Origin: an uncultured Gammaproteobacteria bacterium
Lineage (GTDB): Bacteria > Patescibacteriota > Microgenomatia > Levybacterales > GWA1-39-11
Length of the DNA: 64,000 nt
Reading direction: 5' to 3'
NCBI GenBank assembly: GCA_964627245.1
Contig: CAZVGS010000001.1
Coordinates: 153,256 to 217,255, forward strand
In this document: in pieces, positions 1 to 7,286 of the stretch
Layout of the letters: every line of letters starts with the position of its first letter
Position numbering within the stretch: the stretch's first letter is position 1
The notes under the pieces: model-generated
The model's database searches: none
What the model was told of the DNA's origin: nothing
What the model saw: the letters and a program-made list of their open reading frames with translations, nothing else
Made by a program: the position numbers and the translations under genes

Positions 1-1
1 T

Positions 2-940
2 GTAAGTCTGCCTAAAATCCATGTTGATGACCCGACAATTAGAATTACAATCGGACCTAACACCAGTCCTTTTTTAGGAAAAGAAGGCAAGCTTTTATCT
101 TCTTCCCAGATAAAAGAAAGGCTTATGCGGGAGAAAGAGACAAATCTCGGTCTTAAAATTGAACAGGATGAAGCATCATCAAATTTTGCAGTTTCAGGCC
201 GCGGAGAGCTTCATTTAGCTGTTCTTATTGAGAACATGAGGAGAGAAGGTTTTGAGATGGAAATCTCAAAACCGCAGGTAATTTACAAAACAGTTGACGG
301 TGTAACAGTTGAGCCTTACGAAGAAGTTACAATTGACGTAGGTAAGGATTACATTGGAGCAATAACCGAAGAATTTGCCAAAAGAAAAGCAAATATGATA
401 AATATGACTCAGGAACCTGGCGAGATTACGCGCTTCGTGTATAAGGTTTCAAGTAAAAATCTACTTGGAATTCGAAATATTCTTCTGACAAAAACAAGAG
501 GCACTGTTGAGCTTAATACTTTCTTTCTAGGCTATTTTCCTAAGGAAAACTCAACTGTTGAGGAAGAAAGACCAGGAGTTCTTATTTCTTTTGATTCCGG
601 AACCGCACTTTCTTATGGACTTGAAAACGCCCAAGAAAGAGGCACACTTTTTATTAAACCAAATACTCCAGTCTATGAGGGGATGATAATTGGTATCTCG
701 ACAAGAGATCAAGATATGGAAATAAATGTAACAAAAGGCAAAAAAATGACAAACATAAGATCCTCGACCTCAGATATGTCTGTGCAAATAGACACTCCGA
801 CAGAGTTGTCTCTAGAGCAAGCTCTTGATTTTATAAATTCTGATGAACTGTTAGAGATCACACCTAAAAGTATCAGAATCCGAAAAAAATATCTTTCTGC
901 GACGGAGAGAAAGATCAAGTCAAGAAAAGCCATTTCTTGA
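2..940 (+). CDS. typA: Translational GTPase TypA/BipA, C-terminal part (5' end lies outside the window)
   Basis: The ORF frame is open from the window edge. The 271-aa translation contains the BipA-type C-terminal region (GELHLAVLIENMRREGFE) and ends with a basic tail. The upstream GTPase domain is missing. Confidence 0.8.
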   Translation, partial: VSLPKIHVDDPTIRITIGPNTSPFLGKEGKLLSSSQIKERLMREKETNLGLKIEQDEASSNFAVSGRGELHLAVLIENMRREGFEMEISKPQVIYKTVDGVTVEPYEEVTIDVGKDYIGAITEEFAKRKANMINMTQEPGEITRFVYKVSSKNLLGIRNILLTKTRGTVELNTFFLGYFPKENSTVEEERPGVLISFDSGTALSYGLENAQERGTLFIKPNTPVYEGMIIGISTRDQDMEINVTKGKKMTNIRSSTSDMSVQIDTPTELSLEQALDFINSDELLEITPKSIRIRKKYLSATERKIKSRKAIS

Positions 941-971
941 TGCAGTTTGGTCAATCTGATAACATTAGCAT

Positions 972-1880
972 ATGAAAAGTATTGTTGCTATTGTAATATT
1001 TTTATTCTTTTTAACTTTTCCTACAGGGTCTTTTGCCCAGGATTTCCTTGATCTTCCAACCCTTGAAGAAGTAACTTCGACTGATTCGGCTACCGCATCG
1101 CAATCAGCTAAAGAGGCAGAAGCTATCTCGAAGATAAAATTAGAAGACGTGACTAGACCTGAAGGGCCTGAGAATGACCAAGCTTTAAGACTTTTCAAGC
1201 AGAGACCTGCAGACAATCTTTCACCAACAAACATAATGGCATTTTTGGTTCAGACCTCCGTCAAAGCAGGTGTCCCTTCGCGGACAGTAATACTTATTCT
1301 TCTGCTTCCTATGCTTGCAACAATTATTGCATTTATAAGACACGTTATCGGCCTTCCCAGCATCGGAATGCTTGTTCCTGTTGCACTTTCAATTACCCTT
1401 CTTTCAACAGGCATAACGGCGGGTCTTATACTTTTGGGAACAATTATCTTTGGCTCAACCTTTGCAAGGATTCTGCTTAAAAGGGTTCGAATAATGCAGC
1501 TTCCAAAGATGGCTTTATCAATGTTTATAGTATCAATCTTTCTCTTTTTTACACTTACCCTAAGCGCAATGGGTGGCATTTTGGTTGTAAAACAGCTTTC
1601 GATATTTCCTGTTCTTCTGTTAATTCTTCTATCAGAACAAATAATTGCTGTCCAGACTGAAAGAAGTGTGCAAGAAATGCTTATCATCTCTATGGTTACT
1701 TTTGCAATAGGAATACTTGGCTTTCTTCTTCTCTCTTCAAATTACCTAAGAAACACTATATTGCTCTATCCTGAATTTATATTGACTCTCATTCCTCTCA
1801 ACATTGTGATAGGCAGGTATTTTGGACTTAGATTAATGGAATATTTTAGATTTTCCTCAATAAGCCATGCCGGTAAGTAG
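972..1880 (+). CDS. Signal-peptide plus roughly 7-TM membrane protein, partner of the downstream ATP-grasp (7TM_transglut-like without the transglutaminase head)
   Basis: There is an N-terminal signal peptide (MKSIVAIVIFLFFLTFPTGSFA). An approximately 80-aa extracytoplasmic segment follows, then about 7 hydrophobic helices. Its 3' end overlaps the start of the next gene by 14 nt, indicating translational coupling. Confidence 0.55.
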   Translation: MKSIVAIVIFLFFLTFPTGSFAQDFLDLPTLEEVTSTDSATASQSAKEAEAISKIKLEDVTRPEGPENDQALRLFKQRPADNLSPTNIMAFLVQTSVKAGVPSRTVILILLLPMLATIIAFIRHVIGLPSIGMLVPVALSITLLSTGITAGLILLGTIIFGSTFARILLKRVRIMQLPKMALSMFIVSIFLFFTLTLSAMGGILVVKQLSIFPVLLLILLSEQIIAVQTERSVQEMLIISMVTFAIGILGFLLLSSNYLRNTILLYPEFILTLIPLNIVIGRYFGLRLMEYFRFSSISHAGK

Positions 1881-3171
1881 AGACATACTGGGCATGAATG
1901 CCCGAAATTTCTTATACATACGTAAGTATAATTCTTCGGAGGCAAAAAAAATTGCTGATGATAAGCTGCTTATGAAAAGCGTTCTAATTCAAAACGGTAT
2001 AAAAACGCCCAATCTTATGACCATATTTTATGACAGGGATTCTATCTTAAAATATGCATGGGATGATCTCCCAAGCCGCGGGTTTGTTATAAAGCCTGCA
2101 AGAGGATTTGCCGGATCCGGAATTCTTCCTGTAAAAAAATGGGAAAACTCGACAGCAATAACAGCTAACGGTCAAACTTTTTCCATTAAGCAGCTTGAAT
2201 CCCATATATTAGATATCCTTGAAGGAGCTTACTCGCTAAAATTCTTGCCGGACAACGCTTTTATCGAAGAAAGGCTTCATCCCCATCCTTTCTTTAAAAA
2301 ATTAACCGGAGTAGGTATTCCTGATATACGGGTAATAGTCTTCAATAGTATCCCGGTTATGGCAATGATGCGCTTATCAACCGCCGAATCCCAGGGAAAG
2401 GCGAATTTACACCAAGGGGCTATCGGATTTGGCATTGACATCAGAACAGGAATAACAACAAACGCAATACTTTATGATCAGAAGATTTCGGTAATACCAA
2501 ATACAAAGATAAAAACGAGAGGTATTAAAATACCTGATTGGGAAGAGGTTTTACTCCTCGCTGCAAGATCTCAGCAAATAACCGGTCTTGGTTATGCCGG
2601 AATTGACATCGTTTTTGACGGAAATGAAGGTCCGATGGTACTTGAGTTAAATGCAAGGCCGGGTCTTTCAATTCAAAATGCCAACAAGGACTCCCTAAGG
2701 TCAAGACTCGAAAGAGTCGAAAATATTATAACCCCCACTCCTGAGCGGGGTGTTGAAATTGCAAAAAATCTATTCACGGAGTCTTTTTCCGAAAAAGTTT
2801 CTATATCACCAAAAATTCTTACAATTATCCAAGAAGTTACATTTCACAGGAACGGAGAACCAATAACTGTTAAGGCAAAACTTGATACCGGTGCTTTTAG
2901 AACCTCAATAGACAAAAACTTTGCCGATCTTCTAGGACTTTCCACTCTAAGCGAAAAAGTTTATGTAAAATCAGCAAGTGGCGAAAGTTTTCGTCCAACC
3001 GCAAAAACATCATTTATCATGGGTGGGAAAAAGATCAATACGGTCGTATCTATAGTTGATAGATCTAGCATGAAATATCCGGTAATTGTCGGACACAGGG
3101 ATATGAAGGACTTTCTAATCAAACCCATAAATGATCAGCCTTATGACCCTGAAGATGATATAGAGGAATAA
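1867..3171 (+). CDS. RimK-related ATP-grasp ligase (alpha-L-glutamate ligase-like) fused to a C-terminal retropepsin-like aspartic protease domain
   Basis: The N-terminus (ILGMNARNFLYIRKYN...DDKLLMKSVL) is typical of the RimK-related ATP-grasp family. The central region has an ATP-grasp fold. The C-terminal roughly 130 aa carry the aspartyl-protease signature AKLDTGAFRTSID (D-T-G-A). Confidence 0.65.
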   Translation: MPVSRDILGMNARNFLYIRKYNSSEAKKIADDKLLMKSVLIQNGIKTPNLMTIFYDRDSILKYAWDDLPSRGFVIKPARGFAGSGILPVKKWENSTAITANGQTFSIKQLESHILDILEGAYSLKFLPDNAFIEERLHPHPFFKKLTGVGIPDIRVIVFNSIPVMAMMRLSTAESQGKANLHQGAIGFGIDIRTGITTNAILYDQKISVIPNTKIKTRGIKIPDWEEVLLLAARSQQITGLGYAGIDIVFDGNEGPMVLELNARPGLSIQNANKDSLRSRLERVENIITPTPERGVEIAKNLFTESFSEKVSISPKILTIIQEVTFHRNGEPITVKAKLDTGAFRTSIDKNFADLLGLSTLSEKVYVKSASGESFRPTAKTSFIMGGKKINTVVSIVDRSSMKYPVIVGHRDMKDFLIKPINDQPYDPEDDIEE

Positions 3172-3172
3172 A

Positions 3173-3478
3173 CTATTTCTTTGAACTTAAGCTTTTCTTA
3201 GACACTTTTACTGACTTTTTTGAGGCTTTCTTCCTTGATTTTTTCTTTTTTATTTCAATATTTTCAACTTTAACTATCACAGGAGAATTGAGAGGAAAAA
3301 GTCTATCAATATCAACCCCGTCAACAAATTGCCTTACAGTTAGCATCTTGTCATCCCCTTTGCCTCTAGACTTTACAATTTTTCCTTGAAAAGCAATTAT
3401 TCGCTCTTTCTTGCCTTCGATTATTTTCTGATACACCTTGACTGCATTTCCGCGTCTAAGATCTAGATTATTTTCCAT
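3173..3478 (-). CDS. rplS: 50S ribosomal protein bL19 with a lysine-rich C-terminal tail
   Basis: The core (VKVYQKIIEGKKERIIAFQGKIVKSRGKG...RLFPLNSPVIVKVE) matches bL19. A poly-K/S tail of about 25 aa follows. Confidence 0.9.
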   Translation of the reverse strand: MENNLDLRRGNAVKVYQKIIEGKKERIIAFQGKIVKSRGKGDDKMLTVRQFVDGVDIDRLFPLNSPVIVKVENIEIKKKKSRKKASKKSVKVSKKSLSSKK

Positions 3479-3486
3479 AGAGCCAT

Positions 3487-3516
3487 ATTATACAGTAAAA
3501 ACAGCCTAAATTTCAA
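3487..3516 (-). promoter_or_regulatory. Sigma70-like promoter of rplS (TTGAAA-N18-TATAAT), 8 nt before the ATG
   Basis: On the minus strand the sequence reads ggTTGAAAtttaggctgtttttactgTATAATatggctctATG. The geometry predicts a leaderless or near-leaderless transcript. Confidence 0.45.
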
Positions 3517-3536
3517 CCGAAGATGCCTTGAATGAA

Positions 3537-5201
3537 TTAACGGGAAGCCTTGAGAAATTCTACAAATATAGGATGGGGCTTTTGCGGTCTGCTTTTGTAC
3601 TCAGGATGGCCTTGAGTCCCCATGAAGAAGGGGTGACTTTCTGAAGAAAGTTCTATTATCTCAACTAAATTTTCAACAACTGACCTAGCTGAGATTATAA
3701 GACCCGCATCCTCAATTTCCTTTGCATATTTATTGTTAAATTCATATCGATGTCTATGTCTTTCGGAAGTTAACCCTTCTTTCCCTTTAATAAAAGGGCC
3801 AGATTTTTTATATATTTCATATGCTCTTGTCCCTTTTTTAACAACTGCCTCCCATGCTCCCAGACGCATTGTTCCTCCATATGCACGTCTCTTCATAAGC
3901 TCTTTTTGGTTTTCTATCATATGAATAACCGGATGCTTTGTTTCTTGGTCGTTTTCCGCAGTATTTGCATCCTTCCAACCCAACACGTACCTTGAAAAAC
4001 CGACAACGGCAAGCTGCATTCCATAGCAAAGCCCAAGATAGGGAATTTTCTTATTTAAAGAATACTCAGCAGCCCTTATCATCCCCTCCGCTCCTCTCTC
4101 TCCCCAGCCTATCGGAACAATTATTCCATCCGGCTTACCTATTGCTTTTTCTGCCCCTTCTTTTTCAACTTTTTGAGCATCCACCCATCTAGTCTCAACC
4201 TCAACATCGGCCTCCCACGATGCGTGCTCAATAGCATCAAGCAGTGCGGCATACGAATCTCGTAACTGATATTCCCCTGTTCCAAAATATTTGCCGACAA
4301 TAGCAATCTCAATTTTCTTGCTTTTCGGCGACTTAATTCTTTCGATCATTTTCTTCCATTTATCAATTTGTGGATTCCTTGATTCAAGTCCTAATTTCAT
4401 GAATATCCTATTCTCAAGACCTTGCTTATGTAAAACCAGCGGGATTTCGTAAACAGTTTCAACGTCGGGGTTTGAAATTATATCTTCAGGATGCATGTTG
4501 CAAAAAAGCGCAAACCTATCCTTTCTTCTCTGGTCAAGATATCTCGTAGATCTTGCAATAATAAAATCCGGTTGTATCCCCATAGAATTAAGTGTTCTAA
4601 CTGAAAGTTGCGTAGGTTTTGTCTTAGGCTCCCCCAAATGTGAAGGCGTCGGAACATAACTTACATGGACATGAATTACATCGCCCGGGTTTTTCAATGT
4701 TAAAATTCTTGATGCTTCATAATAGAATAGGTTTTGGTATTCGCCGGCAGTTCCGCCTAATTCTATTACGACAATCTCAGCATTTTTTACTTTAGCAACG
4801 TGATTTATCCGTGATATGATTTCATCAGTAATATGAGGAATTGCCTCAACGTCTTCTCCGTTATATTCAAATCTCCTTTCACGGTCTATGACTGTCTGAT
4901 AGATTTTGCCCATTGTGACAAAATTTTCCTTACCCATATTCTCATCGAGAAATTTCTCGTATGAGCCTATGTCCATGTCCGCCTCGGTTCCATCTTCACA
5001 AAGAAATGGGTCTCCATGCTCTATAGGATTTATTGTTCCAGCATCAAGATTCAGGTAATTCTCAAATTTTATTGGAGCGACTTTATAACCGGCAGATTTT
5101 AGTAAAAATGATATTGAAGATGAAGTGAGTCCCTTTCCAATTCCAGAAATGACTCCTCCTGATACAAAAATGTATTTAGTGTTGAATTTCTTGAGCGGCA
5201 C
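3537..5201 (-). CDS. pyrG: CTP synthase (GTG start)
   Basis: The N-terminus (YIFVSGGVISGIGKG) and the glutamine amidotransferase segment (GLCYGMQLAVV) match full-length CTP synthase. The start codon at 5201 is GTG. Confidence 0.95.
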   Translation of the reverse strand: MPLKKFNTKYIFVSGGVISGIGKGLTSSSISFLLKSAGYKVAPIKFENYLNLDAGTINPIEHGDPFLCEDGTEADMDIGSYEKFLDENMGKENFVTMGKIYQTVIDRERRFEYNGEDVEAIPHITDEIISRINHVAKVKNAEIVVIELGGTAGEYQNLFYYEASRILTLKNPGDVIHVHVSYVPTPSHLGEPKTKPTQLSVRTLNSMGIQPDFIIARSTRYLDQRRKDRFALFCNMHPEDIISNPDVETVYEIPLVLHKQGLENRIFMKLGLESRNPQIDKWKKMIERIKSPKSKKIEIAIVGKYFGTGEYQLRDSYAALLDAIEHASWEADVEVETRWVDAQKVEKEGAEKAIGKPDGIIVPIGWGERGAEGMIRAAEYSLNKKIPYLGLCYGMQLAVVGFSRYVLGWKDANTAENDQETKHPVIHMIENQKELMKRRAYGGTMRLGAWEAVVKKGTRAYEIYKKSGPFIKGKEGLTSERHRHRYEFNNKYAKEIEDAGLIISARSVVENLVEIIELSSESHPFFMGTQGHPEYKSRPQKPHPIFVEFLKASR

Positions 5202-5206
5202 GATTT

Positions 5207-5235
5207 ATATTATCAAATAGGGAAAAACGTGTCAA
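5207..5235 (-). promoter_or_regulatory. Promoter of pyrG: TTGACA-N17-(TGa)TAATAT, 5 nt before the GTG start
   Basis: On the minus strand the sequence reads gTTGACAcgtttttccctatttgaTAATATaaatcGTG. It has a perfect -35, a 17-nt spacer and an extended -10. Confidence 0.5.
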
Positions 5236-5243
5236 CGAGGAAA

Positions 5244-5579
5244 TTATTGTCCTTCTTCTGCAGCACCTGCTGCCTCAAGCATCTTAAGCTTGTCTCGCTT
5301 GTCGTTTGTATCGTTCCATTCTTTAATAATTTCTTGATTTTTCTCAAGCATACTTTTTGCTGAAGCGTTTGTGTTAAGCGGTGCTATCTTTGACTTAAAA
5401 GTATCTATCCTTCCCGCTTTGTAAAGCAAAAACATTCCGGCTACACACAAAATAACCGATCCGAGTATAAGCAAAGGACTCCCGCCATCTCTAATATTTC
5501 CGATTGTTAGATACCCCACATATAATCCTGATCCAAAGAGAAAAAATCCAAGAATTGTCCCTATCAATACTTTTTTCAT
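5244..5579 (-). CDS. Small 2-TM membrane protein with a C-terminal charged helical tail (paralog A)
   Basis: Two hydrophobic helices are followed by a KAGR motif and an LEKNQEIIKEW...DKRDKLKMLE tail. It is clearly homologous to the adjacent ORF at 5626..5931. Confidence 0.6.
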   Translation of the reverse strand: MKKVLIGTILGFFLFGSGLYVGYLTIGNIRDGGSPLLILGSVILCVAGMFLLYKAGRIDTFKSKIAPLNTNASAKSMLEKNQEIIKEWNDTNDKRDKLKMLEAAGAAEEGQ

Positions 5580-5625
5580 GATATCAAGAATATTTGAAAA
5601 TCAATATTTTTGCAAACTCTACTTC

Positions 5626-5931
5626 TCAAAGGTGCTTAAGAACTCTTAATCTATCCCGAAGTTCGGTAGTTTTTCCGTATTCTAAAATCCTTTCATTATT
5701 TTTTTCAAGTATAGATTGTTCTTTTTTCCGGCCGGTTTCTTTAAACGTAATTTTTTGCTCATGCCTGCCTGCCTTTATTAAGAAAAAAATTCCAAGAGGA
5801 ATCATAACAAAAGAAAGTATTACGCGAAGAGGAGTTGCCATAAAGGGATTTGATACCCACAAATAAAAAAGTGTAAATCCAATACTGCTAATCAAAAACC
5901 CAACTACTGTACCAAAAAAACGGTTACTCAC
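5626..5931 (-). CDS. Small 2-TM membrane protein (paralog B), GTG start
   Basis: It shares the GT(I/V)(L/V)GF, L(Y/I)KAGR, LEKN(Q/N)E(I/R)I and (K/L)RD(K/R)L(K/R)(M/V)L(E/K) blocks with the ORF at 5244..5579. Confidence 0.6.
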   Translation of the reverse strand: MSNRFFGTVVGFLISSIGFTLFYLWVSNPFMATPLRVILSFVMIPLGIFFLIKAGRHEQKITFKETGRKKEQSILEKNNERILEYGKTTELRDRLRVLKHL

Positions 5932-6018
5932 TTCTCTAGAATAGACAATTCAATCTGCTTTTTCAACCCAAACTCCAACCCAGAGATGACCACTCCTTGG
6001 CCTGTCCACCAAATCTTG

Positions 6019-6090
6019 AGCGGGCGAGCGGAATCGAACCGCCGAACTCCTCCTTGGGAAGGAGGCATTGTACCACTCAACTACGCCCGC
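6019..6090 (-). tRNA. tRNA-Gly(CCC); CCA not encoded
   Basis: The reverse complement folds as a cloverleaf: acceptor GCGGGCG/CGCCCGC, D-loop AGTGGTA, anticodon loop TTCCCAA (anticodon CCC), T-loop TTCGATT. Confidence 0.85.
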
Positions 6091-6327
6091 AAAGGCAAAA
6101 CAAACGGGGAAAGAAGTCATCTACCACCGCCTTATGTTTGTCGCAAGCTTTCACTTACTAACTCAAAAAAACCAATTTAGCAATATCCTATAATGGCTTG
6201 CTAGGATTCTTTTTCCACGATATCTTGCCTAAAAAATAACAAATATCTTTAAGACAAAGTTGATTATTCTTGCAAGTAAGATTATGCGCCTGATTCAAGT
6301 ATACAATACGTCCTATCCAAAAAAGCT

Positions 6328-6362
6328 CTTCAAGACCCTTGGGCAGATTATGGTCTTGAAAA
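6328..6362 (-). terminator. Rho-independent terminator of the LysM gene
   Basis: On the minus strand the sequence reads TTCAAGACC-ataatctgcccaag-GGTCTTGAA gagc TTTTTT. The hairpin overlaps the LysM stop codon. Confidence 0.5.
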
Positions 6363-6998
6363 TTTCAGAGAATCTCCAGCATAGATGAGGTCAGGATTAA
6401 CAAGATTGTTAGCTTTTGCAATATCAACCCACCTATAACCGTCACCATAGGCTCTTTCTGCAATTGTCCAAAGATTGTCTCCTTCAGCAATTTTATAGTA
6501 AGCACCTGTGATTTTCTGATCAGCGGGTACTTCAATTGTTTTAACCTCCGTTTTAGGTGCAACCGTTACGGTTGGCACTGCAGTTGGAGAAATTACTTGA
6601 CTCATGTTTTCTTCTGGTGCAGATGTCACACTTCTTTTAGGAATAACAAGTTTTTGGCCTTTTTCAAGCTCGTAAGGTTCTTTTAAGTTGTTCGTTTTTG
6701 CGATATCAACCCATGCATAACCGTCGTTGTATGACTTTTCTGCAATGCTCCACAATGTCTCTCCTTCTGCGACAGTATAGCTACCGGTTAATAGGTCCTC
6801 CGACTCATCAACCATTGCTGCTTGGTCATCGATCTGCGCTTTATTTTGTGATAAGGTTCTAACTCCCAAAGCAATTACTATAAAAAGCACAATTACTGTT
6901 ACTATTCCATAGACAAGACTCTTATAAGAATCCGAATCTTGCATAAGCTTTTGTATATCAAAAGATTTTTCAGTTTTTAATGATTTTTTTGTTGGCAT
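6348..6998 (-). CDS. Membrane-anchored protein with two LysM domains
   Basis: There are two LysM repeats (YTVAEGETLWSIAEKSYNDGYAWVDIAKTNNL and YKIAEGDNLWTIAERAYGDGYRWVDIAKANNL) and one TM helix. The start is placed at the internal ATG at 6998, which has AAGGAG 5 nt upstream. The longer ORF extending to 7076 would overlap tRNA-Asp. Confidence 0.85.
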   Translation of the reverse strand: MPTKKSLKTEKSFDIQKLMQDSDSYKSLVYGIVTVIVLFIVIALGVRTLSQNKAQIDDQAAMVDESEDLLTGSYTVAEGETLWSIAEKSYNDGYAWVDIAKTNNLKEPYELEKGQKLVIPKRSVTSAPEENMSQVISPTAVPTVTVAPKTEVKTIEVPADQKITGAYYKIAEGDNLWTIAERAYGDGYRWVDIAKANNLVNPDLIYAGDSLKFSRP

Positions 6999-7057
6999 AT
7001 AACTCCTTTCCAGGCAGAAAGTACTAGGCAGAATGAGCAGTCTAATTTCTCTTTTTG

Positions 7058-7131
7058 CGGGGTGAACGGGACTCAAACCCGCGACCTCTTCCGTGACAGG
7101 GAAGCGCTCTAATCAACTGAGCTACCACCCC
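7058..7131 (-). tRNA. tRNA-Asp(GTC); CCA not encoded
   Basis: The reverse complement is GGGGTGGTAGCTCAGTTGATTAGAGCGCTTCCCTGTCACGGAAGAGGTCGCGGGTTTGAGTCCCGTTCACCCCG. The anticodon loop is CTGTCAC. D-loop position 19 is A and T-loop position 56 is T. Confidence 0.85.
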
Positions 7132-7271
7132 AAAAGCTCAGCTTTTGCGATGAACAAGGATTTTCTCCAAGCACACCTCTTATACCTTACGAAAAGCAAA
7201 GCACCCAAACTCTTGGTTCAGCTATTCTACCAACTCAAAACTACACAGTCAATGGGTTCAAATCTGATTTA

Positions 7272-7280
7272 TGTTATATT
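7272..7280 (+). promoter_or_regulatory. Extended -10 element TGTTATATT, 6 nt upstream of the polX ATG
   Basis: The same TGTTATAYT-N6-ATG geometry is seen at murT. No good -35 is present. Confidence 0.3.
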
Positions 7281-7286
7281 ATCGGT

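Noticed and set aside
5986-6180. 64-aa plus-strand ORF from the six-frame track
   Set aside because: It lies entirely across tRNA-Gly(CCC) on the opposite strand and its promoter region. It is an artefact of the tRNA's GC-rich sequence.
6091-6327. Possible ncRNA in the 237-nt gap between tRNA-Gly and the LysM terminator
   Set aside because: No conserved structural motifs were recognisable by eye. The plus strand has a TATAAT, but no gene lies downstream on that strand. It is most simply the promoter region for the minus-strand tRNA and small-protein genes.
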